Source of the DNA: Candidatus Segatella violae
Lineage (GTDB): Bacteria > Bacteroidota > Bacteroidia > Bacteroidales > Bacteroidaceae
Assembly: GCA_002440225.1 (NCBI GenBank)
Contig: DJSH01000006.1
Coordinates: 21,258-85,257 of the forward strand
Length of the DNA stretch: 64,000 nt
Reading direction: 5' to 3'
Shown here piece after piece: positions 44,856 through 54,515 of this stretch. The notes beneath the pieces were generated by a model. That model saw nothing but the letters and a program-made list of their open reading frames with translations, was not told the DNA's origin and did not search any database. The translations under genes were made by a program, and so were the position numbers. Positions within the stretch are counted from its first letter, which is position 1, and each line of letters starts with the position of its first letter.

Positions 44856-46337
44856 ATGAAAGCAAAAATATTTATGACTTTGGCTATAGTTGGTGCTTTG
44901 TGTTGCTCTTGCACTAGCTTTGATGAAATTAACAACAATCCGAATGATCCATCGGAGGTATCTCCTAAGTTGATTCTTCCAAATATTTGCGAGAGTGCTT
45001 TTTCTCGTGGTACTGGTGGAATGTATGCTGACAAGATGGTGGTTCAGACAGACGGACATAATGCTGAACAATTCTATGAGTGGAACAGAGGAAGTTTCAG
45101 TACTTATGATAGTGAACTACTTCAGGTCACCAAGTTGAAGGAAGAGTCTGATAGGACAGGAGAGGTCATATACGATGGGTTGTATCATTTTTTCAGAGCC
45201 TATTATTTCTACAATTTGACTCTCAAGTTCGGAGATATTCCATATTCAGAATCTTTGGCAGGTGAGAGCAAAGGGCAGTTTACTCCTAAGTATGATTCAC
45301 AAGAAAATGTATTTGTGGGCATCTTGGATGAATTGAAAGAGTCAAATGATGAACTAGCGCAGGCTGCTGTTAAAAATGAAACGATTGACGGCGATATTAT
45401 CTATAATGGAAATGCCGGGAAGTGGCAGAAGCTGGTCAATTCTTTTCGATTGAAGGTGTTGATGACCCTTTCTCACAAAGGACAAGTGGGCAGTCATAAT
45501 GTTAAGCAAGAGTTCCTGCAGATTGCTGGCCTTCCACTGATTACGAACAATAGTGAGAATGGACAGTTGTCGTATATCGACCAAGAAGGCAACCGATATC
45601 CGCAATTTAATGCTCAATGGTCGGGCTTCTACATGGATAAAACGTTTATCGATAGGCTTGCTGAGCGTAAAGATCCTCGTTTGTTCTTATACGCATTGCC
45701 TACCAATGAGGCTGCGAATGCTGGAAAAAAAGTAACTGATTTTAGTGCTTATGCAGGTGGAGACCCTACTGTTCCGTATGGTGAGAATAAAAACCTTGTG
45801 GGTGATGGCAAGATTTCTCAGATTAATTCTCGCTATCGTACGAATCCTACGGGTGAGCCAACTATTTTGATGGGCTATGCTGAGTTGCAACAGATATTGG
45901 CTGAGGCTGTAGTGAGAGGTTGGATTCAAGGAGATGCCAAGCAGTATTATGAGAATGGAGTGAAGGCTTCTTTCGATTGGTATCATACTTATGCAGGTGA
46001 TTACTCGCAGTATGTGACGGATGAGGCTGCTTCTGCTTATTTGCAGGGAGATAAAGTGAAATGGGATGACCAACTTTCGAATGAACAAAAGATAGAGCGC
46101 ATCATCTTCCAAAAATATTGCGTTAGCTTCTTCCAGGGCGGTTGGGATCCTTTCTTCGAGCATCTGCGTACGGGGTATCCTGAATTCGCTCATTTGGCAG
46201 ACAACCCAATCCCTTATCGCTGGATGTATCCAGATACGGAGAATAAGTATAACACACAAAATGTGGAGGAGGCTGTGAAGAGTCAGTTCGGAGAAAACAA
46301 TGACAAGATAACTGCCATGCCTTGGTGGTTGAAATAG
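44856..46337 (+). CDS. susD: SusD-like (SusD-like_2 type) lipoprotein
   Basis: Lipobox CSC, INNNPNDP, FGDIPYSE, PKYDSQE, DPRL, RTGYP, PYRWMYP, PWW. Confidence 0.9.
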   Translation: MKAKIFMTLAIVGALCCSCTSFDEINNNPNDPSEVSPKLILPNICESAFSRGTGGMYADKMVVQTDGHNAEQFYEWNRGSFSTYDSELLQVTKLKEESDRTGEVIYDGLYHFFRAYYFYNLTLKFGDIPYSESLAGESKGQFTPKYDSQENVFVGILDELKESNDELAQAAVKNETIDGDIIYNGNAGKWQKLVNSFRLKVLMTLSHKGQVGSHNVKQEFLQIAGLPLITNNSENGQLSYIDQEGNRYPQFNAQWSGFYMDKTFIDRLAERKDPRLFLYALPTNEAANAGKKVTDFSAYAGGDPTVPYGENKNLVGDGKISQINSRYRTNPTGEPTILMGYAELQQILAEAVVRGWIQGDAKQYYENGVKASFDWYHTYAGDYSQYVTDEAASAYLQGDKVKWDDQLSNEQKIERIIFQKYCVSFFQGGWDPFFEHLRTGYPEFAHLADNPIPYRWMYPDTENKYNTQNVEEAVKSQFGENNDKITAMPWWLK

Positions 46338-46360
46338 ACGAATAGATTAATTGTAGGAAA

Positions 46361-47434
46361 ATGATGAAAAAGATATTTTGGGCAGCTATGGCTGCTTTGG
46401 CGATGATGCCTAGCTTGAGTAAGGCTGAACAGAAAGTGGTGTTGGTAACGGTGGATGGCTATCGTTGGCAAGAATTGTTTACGGGTGCGGATTCTCTTGT
46501 CATCAACCAAAAACAGTTCGGAGATGTCAAGACGATGAAAGACAACTATTGGAGAGAGACCCCAGAGGAGCGTCGTGAGACTTTGATGCCTTTCACCTGG
46601 AGTTTCATCGCCAAGAATGGCACGATTATTGGCAATCGCAAGTTGGGGTGTACAATGGATGTCACCAATAAGATGTGGTTCTCTTATCCTGGGTATAATG
46701 AGGACTTGTGCGGTCATGCGGATGATGAGAACATACATAGCAACGACGCTTTGCCTAACCCGAATGTGTCGGTGTTTGGGGTAGCTAACCAAACCCCAGA
46801 GTACAAAAACTCAGTGTTGTGCTTTGGTAGTTGGGCACGTTTCATAGAAATCTTCAATGAGAAGCGAAGCGGATTGGAGGTGAATGCCAATTATCGTCAC
46901 TCCATGTCGAAGAATCCAACGGAACGTGAGAAATACCTGGATAAGTTGCAAGACCTGTGCCCAAAGTATTGGGGAGAGGAGAGATTCGACTTCTTGACCC
47001 ATGAGTATGCGATGGAGGCAATGAGAACTCGTCATCCTAAATTGGTGTTCATCGGTTATGGAGACACAGATGAATGGGCACATGCTGGCAATTATCGACT
47101 TTATCTGGATGCTGCTCATAATACGGATGCCTTCTTAAAGGACTTGTGGAATCTTATCCAGAATGATCCTTTTTACAAGGACCAAACCACGGTGATAGTT
47201 ACCTGTGACCATGGACGTGGGGATGCAGATATCAATGCTTGGCGTGACCATGGTCCTTACACGAAGAATTCTCATCAAACGTGGTTGATGGCTTTTGGAA
47301 AAGGCGTACCTGCCAAGGGGGTGTTGAAATCTGGCGAGTATTTCAACAATCAAATAGCTCCAACCATAGCCAATTTCTTGGGCATTAAATTTGCCCCTCA
47401 GAACAAAGGTGTAGGAAAACCTATTAAATTCTAA
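46361..47434 (+). CDS. Exported alkaline-phosphatase-superfamily enzyme (phosphatase/phosphodiesterase)
   Basis: Signal peptide; VTVDGYRWQE (metal Asp), FSYPGYNE (Ser nucleophile), DTDEWAH, TCDHGRG and a later HG. Confidence 0.8.
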   Translation: MMKKIFWAAMAALAMMPSLSKAEQKVVLVTVDGYRWQELFTGADSLVINQKQFGDVKTMKDNYWRETPEERRETLMPFTWSFIAKNGTIIGNRKLGCTMDVTNKMWFSYPGYNEDLCGHADDENIHSNDALPNPNVSVFGVANQTPEYKNSVLCFGSWARFIEIFNEKRSGLEVNANYRHSMSKNPTEREKYLDKLQDLCPKYWGEERFDFLTHEYAMEAMRTRHPKLVFIGYGDTDEWAHAGNYRLYLDAAHNTDAFLKDLWNLIQNDPFYKDQTTVIVTCDHGRGDADINAWRDHGPYTKNSHQTWLMAFGKGVPAKGVLKSGEYFNNQIAPTIANFLGIKFAPQNKGVGKPIKF

Positions 47435-47500
47435 GTAATTTCGTATAGTTGAATTTCTCTCTATATAATACAAGATATATTACAAGAATTCATACAAAGT

Positions 47501-49765
47501 TTAGATTTCTCCGAGAATATTCTGCAGGTCGATGATGATGACCTGCAAGTATTCTCGGATTTTTTCTGCTTTCATCTCTTGGATATGCTCGGGTGAGAGA
47601 GTCTTGAGCTCCTCTATATGTTCCATTTTTAGCATGGTGGCGATGGGGAGGAGCTTGTGGGCTATCTTGCCTATCTTTTCGGTAGATAACACATCGGCTG
47701 ATAAGGCTTCCTCCATGCCGCTAACATGACCATCCAACTCTTGCTTCACTGTTTGTAAAATGTTCTCGGCTTCTTCCTTGTCATCACCAGCGAAGGCTAG
47801 AATGTCTGCAAAGCGGCGATGGGAAGAGGGCTTGTTGGACATATCTTGATGTGCCAAGGTGTTCTCGGACAGACTCGCCATGGTGAATGGCTTGAAGAGA
47901 CAGTCGTCGAAGCCTGCCTGCAACAGTTTCTCCTTGATGCTGGTGTCGTGTGCAGTCATGGCTATCACTTTCATGTGGGTGTGGTTGATATGCTTGATCA
48001 TCTCCATGCCGCTCATCTCTGGCATTTCGATGTCCATCATCATGAGAGCGGGCTGCTCGTTGTGCAGGATGGTAAGAGCTTCGCTGATGTGGTTGCAAGC
48101 AAATACTTGGCAGTCGGGATTGGTGCGGTGCAGCATTTCCTGCAAGAGCCGAAGTTGCAGCTTGTCATCGTCAAGAATGAGAATCTTGTTGTTGCTCAGA
48201 GGCTTTTGAATGCTCTCCGTTGCTTTCTCGTCTTCGCATTTGCCCATCGGAATGGTGATGGTAAAGGTGCTACCCTTGCCTTTCTGCGATTGCAACAGGA
48301 TGTTTCCCCCCAATAGCTTGGTCAATTCTTTGGTGATGGACAGGCCGAGCCCTGTTCCCTCTATGCCTTGGGCTCCCTCCAGGCGGGTGAATGCCTGGAA
48401 GATGCGTCGGCTCTCTTCTGGCGTCATTCCCTTGCCGGTGTCTTTTACGTCCAAGACAAGATTGAATGGTGTCTCTGTTTGAGTCGTGTTCTTGCGGATA
48501 TGGGCATGGATGGTTACGCCTCCGACCTCAGTATACTTGATGGCATTGCTTACCAAGTTGTTGAGTATCTGGCGGATGCGGAAGGCATCGGCATGGTAGA
48601 ACGCCTCGCAGCCTTGCGTCTCATATTCCAAGGTCAAGCCCTTCTGTTCGCTTTGTACCTTCATCTCTTCCACGCATTGTGCTACAAGTTTCTGAGGACA
48701 GAAACTCACGGAATGCTTTTCCATGAGCCCATTCTCCAATTGATGATAGTCGAGCAGTTCTGCTACCAATTGGGAGAGATGGGTGGCTGAATTTTGCATG
48801 CTTTGCAGATAGGAGCGTCCTCGTTCATTTTCAACATCGTCTTTCAACAGGTCGATGAAGCCTGAGATGGATGCAGCGGGGGCTTTGATGTCGTGGGTGA
48901 TGGTAAGAAGAAGGCGTTCACGCTGCTGCATGATGCGCTGTATCTCCTCGTTGGCATGCTCCAGGTTCTCGCGGTAAATGCGTTCTTTTTGCGAGTCACG
49001 CCTAATATAACATAATAGAATGAGGGCGGCGGTGATAGCGATAACGGCAAGCAAGCTAATCTGCCACAATAGGTGCTGGCGAGCTCGTATGGCCTGATTG
49101 ATAGACTGCTGCATCGAATCACGTTCGCGCTGATGGGCATCGTTCAATTGCTGGGCGGAGCGGAGTGCCATCTGTGCACTCACCATTTGGAGGTCGGACA
49201 TCTCCTTTGATACGGCTTTGCGGTTGTTCTTGGATGCTGACTTTTCTTTCTTGTCTATCTGTTCCAGTATGTGTGCTACGTTCTCTGCCACGTTCACTGG
49301 GGCAACGGTGTCGATGATGGCTCGATTGCTGTCTTTCTTTACGCTGAGAGTTTCGGCATGTTCTTTTCTGAAGGCATCGGCGAGGCGACGGAAGAATCCT
49401 TTCTTGGTTTTCACCACTTCTACGGTGGTGTTTTTCGCCTCATGGGTCTGGGCAGTCTTCTGGTGAACCATGACGGAATCTTTACCACTGTTGAGATTAT
49501 TCATCTTCTCATGTAGATAGTTGTTGGACTGCGCATGGTTGTTGAGGGCATCAGACAGTTGCTTCAGGTTGGTCTGCTCGTCTTTCAACAGATGGGTCAT
49601 CAAACTGTCGGCGGCATCTCGCTTATGGATGTACTCGCGAGAGGCTTGGTTGATGGCGAGGATAGACTGGGTGTTACTATAGACTAGCCATGTCGCCATG
49701 ATCAACACGATGGCAACAACACTATAGCCGATGGCTACTTTCAAAGGGATGCTAGTCTTTATCAT
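47501..49765 (-). CDS. Hybrid sensor histidine kinase (periplasmic domain, HisKA, HATPase, receiver, possible Hpt)
   Basis: Two TM helices; ITHDIKAP; NNLVSNAIKYT; DTGKG; GTGLGL; LILDDD..MDIEMP..KP; C-terminal AHKLLP. Confidence 0.92.
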   Translation of the reverse strand: MIKTSIPLKVAIGYSVVAIVLIMATWLVYSNTQSILAINQASREYIHKRDAADSLMTHLLKDEQTNLKQLSDALNNHAQSNNYLHEKMNNLNSGKDSVMVHQKTAQTHEAKNTTVEVVKTKKGFFRRLADAFRKEHAETLSVKKDSNRAIIDTVAPVNVAENVAHILEQIDKKEKSASKNNRKAVSKEMSDLQMVSAQMALRSAQQLNDAHQRERDSMQQSINQAIRARQHLLWQISLLAVIAITAALILLCYIRRDSQKERIYRENLEHANEEIQRIMQQRERLLLTITHDIKAPAASISGFIDLLKDDVENERGRSYLQSMQNSATHLSQLVAELLDYHQLENGLMEKHSVSFCPQKLVAQCVEEMKVQSEQKGLTLEYETQGCEAFYHADAFRIRQILNNLVSNAIKYTEVGGVTIHAHIRKNTTQTETPFNLVLDVKDTGKGMTPEESRRIFQAFTRLEGAQGIEGTGLGLSITKELTKLLGGNILLQSQKGKGSTFTITIPMGKCEDEKATESIQKPLSNNKILILDDDKLQLRLLQEMLHRTNPDCQVFACNHISEALTILHNEQPALMMMDIEMPEMSGMEMIKHINHTHMKVIAMTAHDTSIKEKLLQAGFDDCLFKPFTMASLSENTLAHQDMSNKPSSHRRFADILAFAGDDKEEAENILQTVKQELDGHVSGMEEALSADVLSTEKIGKIAHKLLPIATMLKMEHIEELKTLSPEHIQEMKAEKIREYLQVIIIDLQNILGEI

Positions 49766-49822
49766 TTTTATGAGTTTATTGTTTATTCAAGTGCAAAAGT
49801 ACAAAAATATTTTGTAAAAATG

Positions 49823-49861
49823 AAAATGCTTGCCTACAACGTTGTTGCTGGCAAGCATTTT
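49823..49861 (-). terminator. Terminator downstream of the 71-aa gene
   Basis: AAAATGCTTGCC / GGCAAGCATTTT. Confidence 0.7.
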
Positions 49862-49903
49862 CTGAAAAGCGACGCGTAATTACTGTTGTTTTTGAAGGTG
49901 GAT

Positions 49904-50119
49904 TTACTCAGCGGTAGCTGTTGGTGTAACAGGTGTATCGACTGGAGCCTGTTTTGTTGTGTCTGTTGGCTGAGCAGGTGTCTGCTGTGTTGTGTCAACT
50001 GGAGCCACTGTGTCAACTGGTTCTGCACTTGCTACGGCAACCATCTTGTTGCCAGCGAAAACGTTGCTTACTGATACCAAAGCTACTGCTGCGATAACTG
50101 AAAATACTAACTTCTTCAT
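49904..50119 (-). CDS. Small secreted Pro/Thr-rich protein
   Basis: MKK + hydrophobic core + VFA signal peptide; mature part has repeated PVDT/PTDT; AT-rich leader and its own terminator. Confidence 0.8.
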   Translation of the reverse strand: MKKLVFSVIAAVALVSVSNVFAGNKMVAVASAEPVDTVAPVDTTQQTPAQPTDTTKQAPVDTPVTPTATAE

Positions 50120-50174
50120 AATCTTAATGTTTTAAATTGTTTGTGAATATTAAATTTGTTCTGCAAATTATATC

Positions 50175-50190
50175 ACAATCGGTGTGCCAA
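50175..50190 (-). promoter_or_regulatory. Sigma54 (-24/-12)-type promoter
   Basis: Minus strand TTGGCAC-ACCGA-TTGT against consensus TGGCAC-N5-TTGC; adjacent to a sigma54 activator gene. Confidence 0.65.
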
Positions 50191-50294
50191 AAATGAAGAT
50201 GTCTAGTTAACTTGTTGATATATAGTTTCATAAGTAAAATGTGGCATTCTCGCTCTATTGTGGAAGTTGGGGAATTATTGTGGAACAGTTGTGG

Positions 50295-50342
50295 AAAAAA
50301 TCCCCATCAATACTTCCCCACTTGGGGAAATGTTGATGGGGA
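50295..50342 (-). terminator. Terminator after the NtrC-like gene
   Basis: TCCCCATCAA..TTCCCCA / TGGGGAA..TTGATGGGGA stem with A6 (U-tail on the minus strand). Confidence 0.7.
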
Positions 50343-50347
50343 TAGTC

Positions 50348-51751
50348 TTATTCCATACCATATTTTTTCATTTTGTTGTATAGGGTCTTGCGGTCTACGG
50401 CTAACAGTTGGGCAGCCTTGCTCTTATTGCCGTGTGTGGCATTGAGTGCGGCAGCGATGCGTTCTTGTTCCGACTGCTCGTCTCGCAAGGTTATCGGTGT
50501 AGGTGCATTGGCTGTTGGGGTCATGGTGCGTTCCAGCTCTGCTATACCTATATATTTACCCCTTGCCAGCAAGGTAGCTCTTTTCATCACGTTGTTGAGC
50601 TCTCTCAGATTGCCAGGCCAACTATATGAGGCGATTCTCTCCGATGCCTTGTCGTCTAGCCCGATGACATTTCTGCCCAATTCTTTGTTGGCTTGTTTGA
50701 TGAATAAATCGGCAAAGAGGAAGAGGTCTGTACCTCTGTCTTTCAACTCTGGCATGTAGATGGTAAATTCGTTGATGCGATGGTATAAGTCTTCACGGAA
50801 CTTGCCATCTGCTACACATTGAGCCAGGTTTTCGTTGGTGGCGCAGACTAGTCGGATGTCAATGTTGATTTCCTGTGTGCTTCCCAGTGGGCGAATCTTG
50901 CGTTCTTGCAGGGCTCGCAGAAGTTGTACCTGCACCTCGTAGTTGAGATTACCCATTTCGTCTAGGAACAAGGTTCCTCCATTGGCTATCTCGAATGCGC
51001 CCTTCTTGTCTTGTTCTGCCCCCGTGAACGCACCTTTCTTATAGCCAAAGAATTCGGATGCTGCCACATCTTTGGGTAGGGCACCACAATCTAGGGCGAT
51101 AAAAGGCTTTTCCTTGCGAGGACTAAGGTCGTGGATGCGATGGGCTACATATTCCTTGCCCGTACCACTGGCACCTAAGATGAGTACAGACATGGGGGTA
51201 GGAGCGACAAGCCCCACGAGTTCATAGAGTTGCTTGGATGCCTCGCTCTTTCCTTCCAAATATTGTGGAATGTCTGTATTCGTGGGTTGTTGTGTTTCGT
51301 TTTTGTTTTTCTGCGAGTTCTTGCCTTGTTCCGTTTTGCCTTGTTCGGTCTTGCCGTTGCTTCTTGTTTGGTCGGCTTGGTTAGTCGAGGCATTCTGGAT
51401 AGCTTCTTTTATTTTTTCCAGTAAGATTTCTGGGTGGAAAGGCTTTGCCACATAGTCGGTGGCTCCCGATTTCATCGCAAGTACTGCGTTCTGCACTTCT
51501 GCATAGCTTGTCATGACAATAAATGGGGTGTTGAGTTGATGAGCTTGTGTCCATTTCAGGAGTTCCAAACCGTCATGATCGGGAAGTCGTAGGTCGGAAA
51601 GAATCAAGTTGAAAGGCTCTTTCTCCTCTATACACCTAGTGGCAGCACCTACAGATGTTGCCTTCTCTACTTCGAAACCTTTTTTCTTGAGCCATGTTTG
51701 TATCATGGTTCCGAATGCCAAATCGTCTTCTACTATTAGAATTCTTGCCAT
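50348..51751 (-). CDS. Sigma54-dependent NtrC-family response regulator
   Basis: Receiver (IVEDD, SDLRLP, KP), [35 protein letters not shown] and a Fis HTH ([19 protein letters not shown]). Confidence 0.95.
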   Translation of the reverse strand: MARILIVEDDLAFGTMIQTWLKKKGFEVEKATSVGAATRCIEEKEPFNLILSDLRLPDHDGLELLKWTQAHQLNTPFIVMTSYAEVQNAVLAMKSGATDYVAKPFHPEILLEKIKEAIQNASTNQADQTRSNGKTEQGKTEQGKNSQKNKNETQQPTNTDIPQYLEGKSEASKQLYELVGLVAPTPMSVLILGASGTGKEYVAHRIHDLSPRKEKPFIALDCGALPKDVAASEFFGYKKGAFTGAEQDKKGAFEIANGGTLFLDEMGNLNYEVQVQLLRALQERKIRPLGSTQEINIDIRLVCATNENLAQCVADGKFREDLYHRINEFTIYMPELKDRGTDLFLFADLFIKQANKELGRNVIGLDDKASERIASYSWPGNLRELNNVMKRATLLARGKYIGIAELERTMTPTANAPTPITLRDEQSEQERIAAALNATHGNKSKAAQLLAVDRKTLYNKMKKYGME

Positions 51752-52288
51752 TTCTTGTCTTTATTTTCTTGCAAAGTTACGCAAAAACATAAAATAAGTC
51801 TGCTTTCCTTAATGTTATTTAGCAATAATAACAACTAAAAACGCTCTTTAATCCACTTTTTTAGGTGGAATATTTGTTCTTTTCCGTTTCTTTGTCTCTT
51901 TATGTTTTTGAACGATTTTTGCGATTATTCTGCTAGTTTTTATCAAAATCCTCACGAAAAATTATCATTTTTAGGAGGAATGCGACACCTTAAAATTCTA
52001 TTTCTAACGTTTCTAGTTATTGTTGTCGCTTTCTCTTTAAAAATATAAATGCTTGAATATTAGGTATGTAACCTTGATTTTGCTTAAAACTTTCAAATTG
52101 TTATCGTTTCTTTCGATATTACCTATCGGCTTCTTCAAAAGGAGTGTAACTCCCCGAAACGCTCATTGTTTGGAATGATGAATTTAATCAAATATTCCCC
52201 CTAAAATATCAGAATTTACTCCATTAGTACCATGGAAATGTTCTACCTTTGCAACCGTAAAACAAAAACTATTAAAATTTTAAGACTT

Positions 52289-52714
52289 ATGAGACAGATG
52301 AAATCAAATGTAAATAAGGTAGCAAGTTACACAGAGAATGTAAAGGTTGCACTCAAGAATGGTTGCCAGTGGATTCAGCTTAGCATGAACCAAGGTACTG
52401 ATAAGGAATTTGTGGATGTTGCAAGTTCTATCAAGAATCTTTGCGACAAATATCACGCATACCTTATTATAGAGGATCATGTACATCTTGTTAAAGAGGT
52501 AAAGGCAAATGGCGTACATCTTAATGAGAAGGCAAAGGTTGCTGCTGCTCGTAAGGAGCTTGGTGCTCGTTATCTCATTTGCGTTGATGCATCTGATCAT
52601 GAGGAGGCACGTCGCCTTCAGGAAATGGGGGCAGACTGCACCAATGAGAACAAGTTGGGTTATAAGATGTTTGAGATGACCGTTGATGGTCGCTCTCATG
52701 TAGCTTATGCCTAA
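52289..52714 (+). CDS. Truncated or degenerate thiamine-phosphate-synthase (ThiE)-like protein
   Basis: ALKNGCQWIQL, LIIEDHVHL..ANGVHL, ARKELG, GAD match the N-terminal part of the ThiE barrel. Start placed downstream of the TACCTTTG box at 52244-52251. Confidence 0.6.
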   Translation: MRQMKSNVNKVASYTENVKVALKNGCQWIQLSMNQGTDKEFVDVASSIKNLCDKYHAYLIIEDHVHLVKEVKANGVHLNEKAKVAAARKELGARYLICVDASDHEEARRLQEMGADCTNENKLGYKMFEMTVDGRSHVAYA

Positions 52715-52866
52715 ATGATAGAGTCATTCATGTTCATTTTTGATTAATATAGACTTTCATATTCATTTTTAAATAAAGGTAAAACTTTAGTTTTTAATTT
52801 AATAGGTATTTATATATATTTTCAGGTACATCTCATAAGCCTGATTTATGATATTTTTATGATTTA

Positions 52867-52900
52867 GAAAGCGCCAGTCGTGATGATTGGCGCTTTTCTT
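52867..52900 (+). terminator. Terminator about 150 nt downstream of the thiE-like stop
   Basis: AAAGCGCCAGTC-GTGAT-GATTGGCGCTTTT. Confidence 0.8.
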
Positions 52901-52954
52901 TTGTTATTTTCTCCCAAAAACTCTCCTTTTTCTAGATTTTATTGTATCTTTGCA

Positions 52955-53018
52955 TAAGATAAGCTGCACTCGGCAATTTGGAAGCAAGTTTTCATTACGC
53001 TCGTTTGCATTATCTTTG
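52955..53018 (+). ncRNA. Hairpin element resembling the Bacteroides-1 RNA motif
   Basis: Nested pairing AAGATAA/TTATCTT, TGCA/TGCA and TGGAAGC/GTTTTCA; sits next to polysaccharide genes. Family assignment is from memory, not from a covariance search. Confidence 0.5.
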
Positions 53019-53072
53019 CAGAGATTATCAATTTAAGATATAGAGATTATAAATAAGATTATAGTTGGAATT

Positions 53073-54515
53073 ATGGCTGAATCACTCAAGGAAAAGACGG
53101 CTAAGGGACTCTTTTGGGGCGCAATGAACAACGGGGCGATGCAATTTATCGGTTTGCTCTTTGGCATTGTGCTCGGACGATTGTTGAGTCCTAGCGATTA
53201 TGGCATGATAGCTATGATTACGGTCTTTTCTCTGATAGCCAATGCTTTGCAGAACTCAGGATTCATTACAGCCATCACTAATCTGAAGAAACCAACCGAT
53301 AATGATTACAACTCTGTCTTTTGGTTTAATATTTCTGTAGGCTGCTTCCTCTATGTGGTCTTGTTCTTCTGTGCTCCGTTTATTGCCGACTATTATCATA
53401 CACCAGCGTTGGTATCGCTCAGCAGATATGCTTTCCTTTCGGTAGTGCTTTCTAGCTTATGCACCGCTCAGTCGGCATACTTGTTCAAGAACATGATGGT
53501 GAAGCAGAAGGCGCAGGCTAGCCTCATCGCTACGCTCTCCTCTAGTTGCGTGGGTGTGGCGATGGCATTCCTTGGCATGGCGTATTGGGCTCTCGCTACC
53601 CAGACATTGGTGTTCAATCTCGTGAATACTTTGCTGTTTTGGTATTATTCCCCTTGGCGCCCTAACCTTCACGTTGATTTCGCTCCGGTGAAACGGATGT
53701 TCCGCTTCAGTTTCAAGCTGCTTGCCACTACGATAACCACTCATATTAACAACAATATCCTCAATATCTTGCTGGGGCATTATTTCACGGCTCATGATAC
53801 GGGCAACTACAACCAGGCTTATCAATGGAATTTCAAGGCATATTATGTGATACAAGGCATGATAGACTCTGTTGCACAGCCTGTATTGGTAGATTTGCGC
53901 GAGCAACCTCAACGACAGTTGGAAGCCTTGCGCAAGTTGATACGTTTCACGGCATTCATCTCTTTTCCGTTGATGTTGGGCTTTGGAATGGTGGCCAAGG
54001 AATTTATCGTGATAACGATTACTGCTAAGTGGTTGGCTAGTGCTGAGTTGCTTCAGATATTGTCTATCAGCGGTGCTATCATTCCGATGTGCTCTTTGAT
54101 GTCGAGTCTTATTGTGAGCAAGGGCAAGTCGGGTACCTTCTTCTGGGTAACCTTCTCACTGGGCGTGGTGCAGATAGTCACCATGATTCTTATCTGGCAT
54201 TGGGGCATTCGCACGATGGTCATCGTGTGTGTGGTGCTCAACTGGATATGGCTGTTCGTGTGGCAGTTCTTCACCCATCGACTCATCGGCTATCGACTCT
54301 TGATGTTCTTGAAAGACATCTTGCCTTTCGCCTTGGCGGCTTTTGGCGTGATGGCTGTCACCTATATCGCCACCATGAGTATCCATCAGGTGGTCGTGTT
54401 GTTGCTCTGCCGCATAGCCATGGCGGTGGTGCTCTATTACCTGGTGATGAGAGTTGCCGGGGCAACGATATTAAAGGAGTGCATGGCATTTGTTAAGCAT
54501 AAATTTGGAAAATAA
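53073..54515 (+). CDS. wzx: Wzx/WzxC-type polysaccharide flippase
   Basis: SLKEKTAKGLFW, LGRLLSPSDYG, YNSVFWFN, about 12-14 hydrophobic segments. Confidence 0.9.
   Translation: MAESLKEKTAKGLFWGAMNNGAMQFIGLLFGIVLGRLLSPSDYGMIAMITVFSLIANALQNSGFITAITNLKKPTDNDYNSVFWFNISVGCFLYVVLFFCAPFIADYYHTPALVSLSRYAFLSVVLSSLCTAQSAYLFKNMMVKQKAQASLIATLSSSCVGVAMAFLGMAYWALATQTLVFNLVNTLLFWYYSPWRPNLHVDFAPVKRMFRFSFKLLATTITTHINNNILNILLGHYFTAHDTGNYNQAYQWNFKAYYVIQGMIDSVAQPVLVDLREQPQRQLEALRKLIRFTAFISFPLMLGFGMVAKEFIVITITAKWLASAELLQILSISGAIIPMCSLMSSLIVSKGKSGTFFWVTFSLGVVQIVTMILIWHWGIRTMVIVCVVLNWIWLFVWQFFTHRLIGYRLLMFLKDILPFALAAFGVMAVTYIATMSIHQVVVLLLCRIAMAVVLYYLVMRVAGATILKECMAFVKHKFGK

Noticed and set aside
51752..52288. TPP riboswitch upstream of the thiE-like gene
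   Set aside because: The conserved CTGAGA and ACCTG...AATGC core was not found; the region is AT-rich divergent promoter DNA.
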